From: Methanocorpusculum sp.
GTDB lineage: Archaea > Halobacteriota > Methanomicrobia > Methanomicrobiales > Methanocorpusculaceae
Assembly (NCBI GenBank): GCA_029987235.1
Contig: DALTWF010000003.1
Coordinates: forward strand, 2,641 to 66,640
Reading direction: 5' to 3'
Length of the DNA stretch: 64,000 nt
Shown here: piece by piece, positions 21,238-29,990 of the stretch
Position numbering within the stretch: position 1 is the first letter of the stretch
Layout of the letters: each line of letters starts with the position of its first letter
Position numbers and translations under genes: made by a program
Notes under the pieces: model-generated
What the model was told of the DNA's origin: nothing
Database searches by the model: none
Seen by the model: the letters and a program-made list of their open reading frames with translations, nothing else

Positions 21238-22389
21238 ATGACATCTTCGGCAAACATAGATGACTATCCAAAGCTTCTCAACCCTGCCCTAATCCGCGGC
21301 GTATCTGAAAAAAACGCCACTCTCCTGCGCCGTTTCATAGACCGCCAGCGATTGAACGGAGTTAGCCTGAACGCAATAAACACCGGAGTGCACCGCCTCT
21401 CGTCCTGGATACGGACAATAGGAAAAGACGACGCCCTCGAATGGACCATAGAAGACATAGAATCCGCCTACCTGCATAAATCCGACGAAACGTCACGAGG
21501 ATATCGTAGCAATACCACATTAGACGGCGAACTGCGAATATTAAAACAGTTCTGGCACTTCCTGAACCCCGATAAACCACCGGTTACCATCCGCCGCAAA
21601 CCCACCAAACTCAGCATCGCCAACAGCGACATCGCCAGCACGGAACAAATCCTGCAGATGCGTGACGCCGCAGAACGAGCCGGAGACATCCGCGGCGCCG
21701 CCATGATAATGGCCCTTCTTGGCACCGGCTGCCGCGTATCAGAACTCCTCGACGCAAATATAAAGGATTTGACAATCGGCCGCCAATTTGCGATTATTTC
21801 AGTCGATGGAAAAACAGGCCAGAGAAAAGTCCCATTTGTAACTGGCCTCCCCGAACTTCAGCGCTGGGTCAATATGCATCCCGTAAGGTTGCCAGACGGA
21901 ACCGTTGATCCACAAGCCCCGCTTTTTGTAACCTACCAATCCCGAGGCCACACAACCGACCGCCTGAGCAAACGCCGCGCTGACTATATCATGGACAAAT
22001 ACAAAAAGGCAGCCGGAATCCCTGACCACGTCAAAGCTCACCCGCATGCACTCCGGCACCGGGGCGCGACCGAAGACGCCAGGAACCTGACCCAGAAAGA
22101 ACTCTGCCTCAAATATGGCTGGAGCGGCTACAGCGACATGCCGAAACGCTACACCCACACCGACCAGGCCCAACTCGAACGAACCATCCTCGAAGCTGCC
22201 GGCATCCGCCTGCCGCAGGAACCACCGAAAACAAAAACCGTTACCCAGTGCCCCCGCTGCGGAGCGGTAAACCGCGCCGGCGCCATGTTCTGCGACGTCT
22301 GCAGCCTGCCGCTGAATAGAGACTTTGAGATTGACCTCATCAAGACGAAACAAACAATAAGAACAATCGCAGACGATAAACAGGATTAG
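21238..22389 (+). CDS. int: tyrosine integrase with C-terminal zinc ribbon
   Basis: TGCRVSEL, KTG, HPHALRH, YGW, RYTH catalytic set; CPRC/CDVC; TTATATA at 21208-21214 suggests a leaderless promoter. Confidence 0.95.
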   Translation: MTSSANIDDYPKLLNPALIRGVSEKNATLLRRFIDRQRLNGVSLNAINTGVHRLSSWIRTIGKDDALEWTIEDIESAYLHKSDETSRGYRSNTTLDGELRILKQFWHFLNPDKPPVTIRRKPTKLSIANSDIASTEQILQMRDAAERAGDIRGAAMIMALLGTGCRVSELLDANIKDLTIGRQFAIISVDGKTGQRKVPFVTGLPELQRWVNMHPVRLPDGTVDPQAPLFVTYQSRGHTTDRLSKRRADYIMDKYKKAAGIPDHVKAHPHALRHRGATEDARNLTQKELCLKYGWSGYSDMPKRYTHTDQAQLERTILEAAGIRLPQEPPKTKTVTQCPRCGAVNRAGAMFCDVCSLPLNRDFEIDLIKTKQTIRTIADDKQD

Positions 22390-22489
22390 GTTAACATCAC
22401 AAACCTTCATTAACATATGACTTACACTCAGGACAGCCCCACCGCAGTACCGTATGAGTATGCCCAATCCTATTTAACCGAAGATAACG

Positions 22490-22782
22490 CATACTGTTAT
22501 GGCGTTTCCCGTATGGCATCACGGGGGCGCTGTGAAAACAGTATGAATATACATCTAAGATTTACCCTCAACTTGAAACTTACCACTTCAAGCTGTTGTA
22601 ACGTACCGCAGTCGGCTATGATGATATTTTGGGACTTACTCCCAATTATCATTTCCCCGCTGCGTGCGGGCAAACTGTTTTATAGTCGGCTCGCTAATAT
22701 GTTATTGTAAACTCTTAGATTAAGTTCTGAATTGTTTTCACGCGGGTTTTCGGCGGCGGGCTTGGTAACCCGTCATCACCGC
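22490..22782 (+). ncRNA. putative structured ncRNA unit 1
   Basis: Stems 22490-22498/22537-22545 with inner 22499-22512/22521-22533 (several G-U); 22553-22565/22707-22720 enclosing hairpins at 22572-22592, 22621-22652 and 22656-22670; GC hairpin ~22742-22782. Confidence 0.55.
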
Positions 22783-22793
22783 ATTTAAGTACC

Positions 22794-22824
22794 GTTACTT
22801 CCCTATTTTGACATCCTGTTTCGC
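22794..22824 (+). repeat. 31-bp direct repeat, copy 1
   Basis: GTTACTTCCCTATTTTGACATCCTGTTTCGC, identical to 23234-23264. Confidence 0.97.
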
Positions 22825-22948
22825 ATCCGCGCACACCCTCATCACATTATGCAGAATATCAATATCTTCTTATACTCAATGATGTAACCTATAATTACCT
22901 CTGATTTAATCGGATAAATCAGGGGGAGGGACATACCCAATGTTCTTT

Positions 22949-23228
22949 ACAATCATATCAACTATAAGCACAGTAATCTCTGCTGTGTTATTACTTCTTG
23001 ATTTTATCGAGAAGCGGAAACGAAACTAAAACACGGATAGGGGTGAGACCGGTGCTCACCCCCACCGGTATTGTCACAGGCAACTTTTTTAAGTCATTAA
23101 ACCAATAGTAATATACCCTATACCATGTTTTAGGTCTAGAGGTGTGTTCTACTTTCGTTTCGATAGTAGATATGATTGTTCGCACAGGTGTTGTCCGGCG
23201 TGGGAACCGGACACCCAGACACCTGTGT
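22949..23228 (+). ncRNA. putative structured ncRNA unit 2
   Basis: 17-bp closing stem 22949-22965/23163-23179 (1 mismatch); hairpins 22967-22989 and 22994-23014; stem 23017-23034/23144-23161; hairpin 23040-23062; compound hairpin 23182-23228. Confidence 0.6.
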
Positions 23229-23233
23229 CGCAG

Positions 23234-23264
23234 GTTACTTCCCTATTTTGACATCCTGTTTCGC
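23234..23264 (+). repeat. 31-bp direct repeat, copy 2
   Basis: Identical to 22794-22824; 24/31 match to 23687-23717. Confidence 0.97.
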
Positions 23265-23266
23265 TA

Positions 23267-23686
23267 TCATAACCCCTCATTTACATACGTCTTGCATTCT
23301 GGACAGTTCCACCGCTCCGACGTTACACCCTCATAACTCATCTGTACGAGTCTGTGCCGGTTCATCCAGCAGTTCGTGCAGTAGCGCGTATCTCCGTGTC
23401 CTTTTACGAGGATATAAGGGTATTTTTCATTGTAGATTATGTCGCATTCGTGAACCTCAAGCTCTTCTGCTTTTACGCGCAACTGTTTATGCAGTTCTTC
23501 AATTTCATCATAAAGCCTGTTCCGCTCAAGTTTTAACTGTAAAACTTCTTCCGCTAACTTCATACTATCCTGCATCTGCCGGAATGCTGCGTCGCTCAAA
23601 TCCATACATAATTTTTTGAACTCCAACTCCTTAAATGCAACGCTGGAATCAAGTATTTTGGCGGCAATTTCCATCAGGTTAGACAT
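23267..23686 (-). CDS. coiled-coil plus zinc-ribbon protein (accessory gene downstream of the repressor)
   Basis: 139 aa; CTNC...CPEC; starts 1 nt after the repressor stop. Confidence 0.75.
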   Translation of the reverse strand: MSNLMEIAAKILDSSVAFKELEFKKLCMDLSDAAFRQMQDSMKLAEEVLQLKLERNRLYDEIEELHKQLRVKAEELEVHECDIIYNEKYPYILVKGHGDTRYCTNCWMNRHRLVQMSYEGVTSERWNCPECKTYVNEGL

Positions 23687-23687
23687 T

Positions 23688-24002
23688 TTACTTCCCTACT
23701 TTTACACTCTGCCTCGCTCCTTTTCCCGTGTTCACCTGCGACACCGCCGTCCCCGCGTTCTTTACCTCCTCCCGCGCAATTGCGCGCATCATTTCCACCA
23801 TGGCGGCCGGAATTTCACCATCAGCGCCGCACGGATGCGCGCGGGATTCGCGCTCGAGCTTCTCTGCAATCGCGCGCCGTAAGTATTCTGTTGTAGATAT
23901 ATTTTGTAAATCTGCCGCAGAATCAAGCTCTTTTTTCATTGTTTCGCTTACTCTGAAATTAATGGGTATTATACACGGTTCTCCAATTACTCGTTTTGAC
24001 AT
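23688..24002 (-). CDS. ribbon-helix-helix regulator, putative lysogeny repressor
   Basis: INFRVSETMKKELDSAA...STTEYLRRAI RHH pattern; divergent from the early operon. Confidence 0.75.
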   Translation of the reverse strand: MSKRVIGEPCIIPINFRVSETMKKELDSAADLQNISTTEYLRRAIAEKLERESRAHPCGADGEIPAAMVEMMRAIAREEVKNAGTAVSQVNTGKGARQSVKVGK

Positions 24003-24063
24003 ACTATCATTATGATATTAAAACGAATACTTTTATATGTTATGCCACCATAATGATAGTATG
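24000..24063. promoter_or_regulatory. divergent promoter with perfect 15-bp inverted repeats (putative operators)
   Basis: CATACTATCATTATG (24000-24014) and CATAATGATAGTATG (24049-24063), each including a start codon; TTTTATAT at 24031-24038. Confidence 0.8.
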
Positions 24064-24252
24064 ATGATAGTAAAAGCATCAGACGAACCGTACACAACGG
24101 TCGTAGTAAAAATACCGCGCGAAGACATTTTAGCCTTTGACGCGGTCGCAACTGCGCGCAGAACATCTAGAGCCGCATTGATTAGAGAGTGCATCCTGGA
24201 TAAAGTTGAAGAGTGGAACAACAAAACAACCACCAAGGAAGTAACCGCATGA
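24061..24252 (+). CDS. RHH/CopG-like regulator (Cro-like position)
   Basis: VVVKIPREDILAFDAVA...SRAALIRECI; start set by symmetry with the operator. Confidence 0.75.
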   Translation: MMIVKASDEPYTTVVVKIPREDILAFDAVATARRTSRAALIRECILDKVEEWNNKTTTKEVTA

Positions 24253-24899
24253 CAGAAAAAACAGAAAACTACGCCAGCACTTTCACAGACTGCAATCAGG
24301 GAAAGGAAACTGGCACTAAGGTATTGAAATCAGAAGACCTTAAGAATTACGCTTTTGGCGACTCCTTAATCCGTGTCACCATGGAAGATGACAATCCAAT
24401 TTTCCTTGCAAACGATGTTTGTAATGCACTCGGATATCGTAACTCTCGAGATGCACTTTCGATGCATTGTAGCTCCGTAGCAAAACGCGACGTAGATACC
24501 GGCTATGGAGTGAAGGCAACAAACTTCATCTACGAGCCTGACCTGTACGCCCTCATCTTCGGCAGCAAACTTGACACCGCCCGCAGTTTCCAGCGCTGGG
24601 TATTCGAAGAAGTTCTGCCGAGCATCCGCAAGACCGGCGCGTACCGCAAGACCGACATAAACCAAAATGAGGTTTACAACTACAACGAACTCCGCGAAAC
24701 AATGGCACGCATGGAAGCCCGCCTGATGAAGATAGAACGCATCAAGCCCGCAAAAATCCCCGAACCCGCCAACGACCCGATTACAACCATCACCGTATGC
24801 GTAACCCCATTACAGAAAAAGAGGATTGAACTGCGCGCAAAAACGTGTTACATAAGCACATCCGAATACACACGAAAAATCATCGAGAGATATTTATGA
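24249..24899 (+). CDS. Bro-N antirepressor-like protein with C-terminal RHH
   Basis: FLANDVCNALGY...EPDLYALIFGSK...FQRWVFEEVLPSIRKTGAY. Confidence 0.88.
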   Translation: MTEKTENYASTFTDCNQGKETGTKVLKSEDLKNYAFGDSLIRVTMEDDNPIFLANDVCNALGYRNSRDALSMHCSSVAKRDVDTGYGVKATNFIYEPDLYALIFGSKLDTARSFQRWVFEEVLPSIRKTGAYRKTDINQNEVYNYNELRETMARMEARLMKIERIKPAKIPEPANDPITTITVCVTPLQKKRIELRAKTCYISTSEYTRKIIERYL

Positions 24900-25045
24900 A
24901 CCCCCGCAAACCCACCAACAACCTGAACACAAACATCACCGTGTGCGTAACCCCATTACAGAAAAAGAGAATTGAACAGCGCGCAAAAGCGCGTAACATG
25001 AGCGTATCCGAATACGCAAGAAACATCATCGAGAAATCATTATGA
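24896..25045 (+). CDS. small RHH protein duplicated from the Bro-N C-terminus
   Basis: ITVCVTPLQKKRIE shared with the upstream gene; ~100-bp imperfect tandem repeat. Confidence 0.7.
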   Translation: MNPRKPTNNLNTNITVCVTPLQKKRIEQRAKARNMSVSEYARNIIEKSL

Positions 25046-26549
25046 CAAAAACAAAAGCAGACACCAGCAAAGTCCACGCAACAACCACGAAGAGTGACAA
25101 AGCTGGCACAGAAGTATTGGACGCGAAATCCCTTAATTATATCGATGCCGACGAACTCCAGGAAGAACAGCTCCACCAGCGCCTCGGAAACATAAAGAAA
25201 CACCCTATCGCCGAGGTAATCATCGCATGACAGCAAAGACAGCAATCACGCTGGAAATACCCCCCGAAGCACAACTGGCCCTGATACTCGCAATCAGGAA
25301 CGAACTTGAAGTGATGAAAACGCAGCTCGCAGGAAGAGAACTCAACCCGGATGCAAAGACCAGCCTCAAAAAACGCATTGAAGCAACAGAACAGGTCTAT
25401 GACGACATCTGGACGAAGGCATACCAGGAGAAAAGAGGACACACAGCATGAAAGCAGAAATCGAAATCAAGAACTGCCCAAACTGCACGCACTTAGAGAA
25501 ATCAGCATGGGATGAACCATGCTGGAGCTGCCGCCTCATTAACAAACGGACAGAAGACATGTACATGTCAAACTTTCGACCGAAAGAGGAAGCAAAATCA
25601 TGAGACACACAGCCTTTGAACAGACCCTCCTCCACATCCTGGAAAATAGAAAAGGGAAATACGAATACACAAGCGAAGTCGGCCGAAAGCTCCAGATCTA
25701 CCTTACCAAAAGAGAAGACCGCTTCGAGAGACTGACCGAAACACAGGAACAAATCATCGAAGAGATAATCAAACTCATCGAAACCGAAGTGCAGGCAGGA
25801 AGAACCCCATGACAAAAAACAAAGTACTCGCCATAATCAACGAACGAAACGTCAAACCGATTCAGGAACTTCTGTTTCGTGAAGGCGGAAGCGACGAAAT
25901 CTTCTTTGTGAAAGGAGTCAACGACGGACGCATCCTGGTCGTTGACGACAACGGCGCCCCAGTAAACATCCACCTCGAGGTGACACCAGCAGCATGACAA
26001 TATACGCAAAAATAAACGAAAAGAGACAAGACAAAATCATCGGAGTAGACTAACCATGGTCAAAACCATAGACGTAACCCTGCACCTCTCCTACGACGCC
26101 GCAGAAGAACTCATGCTCGCTATTTTCAAACAGGGCGAAATCCTCAAAATCGAGGCGGACGAATGCGCAGAACGCCGCCCGAAAACCGCGACACGCTACA
26201 TGAACACCAGAGACGAACTGATATGCGCACACGTCGCAGTCTCACGCGCAGTAGCCGAAAGCATCAAAAAACTAACCCCAGAACAGGAAACCGCATACCG
26301 CGAAGCAGAACGCATGGCAGGAGGAACAGCATGAACGGACAAACCACCAAAATTACCATCGAAGTAAACCCGGCAACCCTCTACGAGCTCATGTTTGCCC
26401 TGGGCACCCACATCAATTCATTAAACGGACTGATTCAGGAGACCCCCAACGAAGACAGAAAACAACTCCTCACAGAAATCCGCGACAACGTAGCAGCAGT
26501 CAGACAGCAGCTCGAAGACGCACGCAAACTCATGGAGCGCAAAGCATGA
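25042..26549 (+). other. cluster of short overlapping early hypothetical genes (25042-25230, 25227-25451, 25448-25603, 25600-25812, 25809-25997, 26056-26334, 26331-26549)
   Basis: Chained ATGA overlaps; 25448-25603 is a 51-aa CxxC..CxxC protein absent from the ORF track. Confidence 0.65.
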
Positions 26550-26995
26550 CCGTAAGCGAACACCTCATACGCCTCAAAGGGCTCGCCAAAGGTGCTAACG
26601 GCGAACAAACCAAAAAGACAGAACGATTTAACTGCAATCTTCGTGTGACACCCGAAATACGCGCAGAAATCCTCAGCAAGATGGAAGACTACGCAACCCA
26701 AAACATAGCAGACTTCATCCGCTACTGCATCACCCAGACCACCGGCATACAGTTCCCTGAGAAAAAAAGAACGTCACAAAGATTCACCAAAGAATACTTC
26801 ATCCTAAAAGCGTTAAAGGGAGCAAACGGCCGGAGGATTACCTGCAACGAAATCTCTAAAACCGCAAACTTTACTCAAATATCAGTAACCAACACCATAA
26901 ATTCCCTCATCGCAAACGGCGCACCCGTTGAAAGCATCAGAGACACAACCGGCGGCATGCAGTTCCGCTGGACAGAAACTCCGGAGGAAACCTGA
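26546..26995 (+). CDS. RHH plus winged-helix DNA-binding protein
   Basis: NLRVTPEIR...IADFIRYCI followed by ITCNEISKTA...VTNTINSL. Confidence 0.6.
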   Translation: MTVSEHLIRLKGLAKGANGEQTKKTERFNCNLRVTPEIRAEILSKMEDYATQNIADFIRYCITQTTGIQFPEKKRTSQRFTKEYFILKALKGANGRRITCNEISKTANFTQISVTNTINSLIANGAPVESIRDTTGGMQFRWTETPEET

Positions 26996-27354
26996 AATGC
27001 CATGGGAAAAACCTCCACTGACGAAACTATTCCCCCTCTCAGACTGCACCGGATGCCCGCGATACTCAGAAGCATTAAGCACCGAAGGCGGATTCTATCC
27101 AGTCTGTTCAAGACAAGGCGACCTGCACGACATGAACTACTGCCGCATACTCGAATACGGAGGAGCATAATCATGTCCAAAAAATCACTCACCGAAATTA
27201 GTGCCTACATCACCCGTGACGAATTCAACACATTAGCCGAATATGCAAAATTAGTAAAATTATCTATCAGTAAAGTTTGCCGCAATGCAATCCGCGAATA
27301 CATCAACGAGCACCATCTTAAAACCGTAATAAAAACAGCAAAAGAGGAACAGAA

Positions 27355-28338
27355 ATGACCGTATCAGACATGACTCTGAAATTCTCGATAACACGGGTTA
27401 CGGAAAAAGACATCGAGAAAGATTATACCTGCAAGTACTGGAAAGCAAAGACAAGCGTGTTTGACGTAATCGGATACGGCAACACATTCCGCGAAGCAGG
27501 CAAAGACCTCCTCGACAAACTCCGCGAAAAGTTCAGCGAAGGAAACATGAAGCTCGCATCCGGCGAAGCACACCTTAGCGGCGAACTCACAGGGGCGACA
27601 GGCGTCATCACGCTCTGCGCACCGACGAATAGAACCCTCGATGAGTTCTGCGGTATGGATGAGGCTGAACGGGTCGAAAAGTTCGAGCAGTTGGTCAAAG
27701 AAGAAGCGCAGGAACCGGATGCAGACGAAGACGAAGAAGAGGAAGAACCTGAACTGACCACAGAAGACCTCGCAAAACTACCTTGCATGCACTGCGCAAA
27801 TTATGGCGGGTATGACTGGAAAAAGACCCGCATATTATGCAACGGACGCGGATCACTCCCTCCGGAATATGTCAAAGACTGCGACAAAGCAGAACCGGCA
27901 AAAGACGCAGAAGAACCCGCAGAAGAACCGAAATACTACGGCATCAGCATCGACCGCGAAACAAACGCATACTTCGACCCAGACACCGACTCGCTCATCT
28001 ATAACAGCTGGGCGGAAATCAAACCCAAAGACATCGTCTACATCTACTTAAAGAAAGACAAACAAACCGCAGGCGGCTTCATCGGCTATGCAACCGTCGA
28101 AACCGCACGCATCGCCGAAGTCACACCAGGAAGCGTCACAACCCCGTACAAGATGAATAAGTACAGCGACTTCTGCAACGGTCAGAAACACCTAATCCTG
28201 AAACTGAAAGACATTGTCGACTTCAGTCAACACCCGATACCCGTACCGGAGAATCAGACAGCACCCCGCGGCATCAACTGGATTACCCCTGCCTACGCTG
28301 CAGCACTCAATAACGCAATCGAAGGAGGCGCAGAATGA
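27355..28338 (+). CDS. acidic early protein with C-terminal PUA/ASCH-like domain
   Basis: KPKDIVYIY...GGFIGYATV...LKLKDIVDF..PIPV resembles PUA-like folds; fold not verified. Confidence 0.5.
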   Translation: MTVSDMTLKFSITRVTEKDIEKDYTCKYWKAKTSVFDVIGYGNTFREAGKDLLDKLREKFSEGNMKLASGEAHLSGELTGATGVITLCAPTNRTLDEFCGMDEAERVEKFEQLVKEEAQEPDADEDEEEEEPELTTEDLAKLPCMHCANYGGYDWKKTRILCNGRGSLPPEYVKDCDKAEPAKDAEEPAEEPKYYGISIDRETNAYFDPDTDSLIYNSWAEIKPKDIVYIYLKKDKQTAGGFIGYATVETARIAEVTPGSVTTPYKMNKYSDFCNGQKHLILKLKDIVDFSQHPIPVPENQTAPRGINWITPAYAAALNNAIEGGAE

Positions 28339-29159
28339 ACACACCGGTAACAATCAAACACCAGCAAGTCTACTCATGGTCAGTTGCACTCACCATCGCC
28401 GCATCAGCGCTCATGGCGTCAGAGAATAAAGTGGTCAGTAGGCTCGCCGAAGAACTCGCAGATATCGCAATAGACATGACTCACGCAATGTCAACCCCCT
28501 GCTTTGACCCGCAGGCAAACTATCATCCGGAAAAGTCCGAATTCGAGACACTTGCAGACAAAATCGAGCGGATGCACCTGAAAGAAAAACTCGAAAAAGA
28601 GCCGGAGACAGACGTTCCCCATGTACCCGATGAAATATACAACGAGTACATGAACGCACGCAAACAGGCGGCGGAAGAGAAAACGAACGCGAAATCAAAA
28701 GCAGAAACCGCGCGATACCACAACAACCTCAGAGTTAACACCTGGACCTCCGACGAAGTACAGATTCTGCGCCGCACAGAATCAGTGCAAGAAGCATGTG
28801 CAGAGTATCATGCAGTCTATGGCGACAAGAGAAACGACAACGCAATCCGCCAGAGATGGCTCAAAATTCACCCTCCGGAGACGAGACAAAAGGCAGCATC
28901 CGAACCCGAACCCGAACCCGAACCGGAACCCGAACCGCAGGACGAAGAAGATAAAGAAAGCAAAGACGAACCGGAACAGGAAAGACTGCCGAAGAAAGGC
29001 GACCGGGTCCTCTACCACAGGCGCGGCAGTCTCTACGACGGATGCGAAGGCATAGTCAAGAGCGTATCACGCGATACCGCAACCGTGGAGTTTCAGGCAA
29101 GAAACGGCGGCGGAAAGATTCTCCTAAACTCGTTCCGCTACAATCTGGAGATCCTCTGA
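28335..29159 (+). CDS. early protein with Myb-like HTH, PE-repeat linker and KOW-like C-terminus
   Basis: WTSDEVQIL...RNDNAIRQRW; EPEPEPEPEPEP; KKGDRV...G..GIV. Confidence 0.55.
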   Translation: MNTPVTIKHQQVYSWSVALTIAASALMASENKVVSRLAEELADIAIDMTHAMSTPCFDPQANYHPEKSEFETLADKIERMHLKEKLEKEPETDVPHVPDEIYNEYMNARKQAAEEKTNAKSKAETARYHNNLRVNTWTSDEVQILRRTESVQEACAEYHAVYGDKRNDNAIRQRWLKIHPPETRQKAASEPEPEPEPEPEPQDEEDKESKDEPEQERLPKKGDRVLYHRRGSLYDGCEGIVKSVSRDTATVEFQARNGGGKILLNSFRYNLEIL

Positions 29160-29776
29160 TGACCGAAACCGCCCCGCACTATGAAATCACCCTGCCGCCA
29201 GGAGGACCACTGCAGTGCATCGCACAAATCCAGAAAGAGACCGCAGAACTCCAAGCCCAGCGCGACCACCTGCAAAAACTGCTCACGCAGCTTGACGACC
29301 GCATCAAACAGAACAAAGCAGAACAGCTCATGCACGCCCGAGTCATACTAGACGGCAAAGCACCGCACGAAGCCATCGACCTCGTCTTAAACCCCTGCTG
29401 CAAATGGGGCACAGAACGGACCAAACCCGACGTTAAAAAGATGCGCGCACTTTGCCCCGACCTGCTTGAGAAACTCGGCAAAGTCAACGACGCTACCGCG
29501 ATGCGCATCCTTGAAACAGCACACGACGGAGACAAAGGCTTTGTCCAGCGACAGCTCCGCACGATAGACCCAAAGACATACTGGTCAAAAGTGCAGGTGA
29601 ATCTTACGGATCTGACGAAAGAAGAAGAAGCGTTCTGCATCGACAACGGCATTATCACAGTGACTAAGAAAATCATCGGAGAACCAACCGTCATGCCCCG
29701 CGCATTCGCATCAGCACTCAAAAGCCAGAAAAAACCGAAGACACTCAAAGCAGCAGAGGATGATGACGAAACATGA
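29159..29776 (+). CDS. coiled-coil hypothetical protein (recombination module)
   Basis: Start overlaps upstream stop (TGATG); N-terminal coiled coil. Confidence 0.6.
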   Translation: MTETAPHYEITLPPGGPLQCIAQIQKETAELQAQRDHLQKLLTQLDDRIKQNKAEQLMHARVILDGKAPHEAIDLVLNPCCKWGTERTKPDVKKMRALCPDLLEKLGKVNDATAMRILETAHDGDKGFVQRQLRTIDPKTYWSKVQVNLTDLTKEEEAFCIDNGIITVTKKIIGEPTVMPRAFASALKSQKKPKTLKAAEDDDET

Positions 29777-29988
29777 ACACCAAAGACAAAGAGTTCTACA
29801 AACAAGAGCTGCAGCACGTCCGCAACCTGATGACAAACATCCGCAACGCCATGATGAAAGAGACCTCACCCGCCGACGGCTCCCAGAGGGTGAACCACGA
29901 CGCACGAATGCACCAAATCTCAGGAATAATCCGCCATATAGGATATTTAGAAACCTACATCGAAGAATCAAAAATCATGGAGAAATAA
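29773..29988 (+). CDS. hypothetical protein
   Basis: 71 aa; ATGA coupling. Confidence 0.6.
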   Translation: MNTKDKEFYKQELQHVRNLMTNIRNAMMKETSPADGSQRVNHDARMHQISGIIRHIGYLETYIEESKIMEK

Positions 29989-29990
29989 TC

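Noticed and set aside
22794..23264. Mini-CRISPR array from the 31-bp repeats
   Set aside because: The spacer is 409 bp, there is no GAAA(C/G) end or internal palindrome, no cas genes are present, and the repeat resembles a gene 3' end.
22417..23336. ORFs 22417-22710, 22991-23185 and 23142-23336 as proteins
   Set aside because: No recognisable motifs or RBS, atypical composition, and they overlap dense base-paired structure; they cannot be fully excluded.
28900..28937. GAACCC hexamer tandem repeat as a contingency locus
   Set aside because: In-frame, encodes a Glu-Pro linker; length change would not shift the frame.
29760..29990. N-terminal 77 aa of the 504-aa RecT ORF
   Set aside because: Overlaps the coupled 71-aa gene in another frame; the start at 29991 follows a GGAGA RBS.
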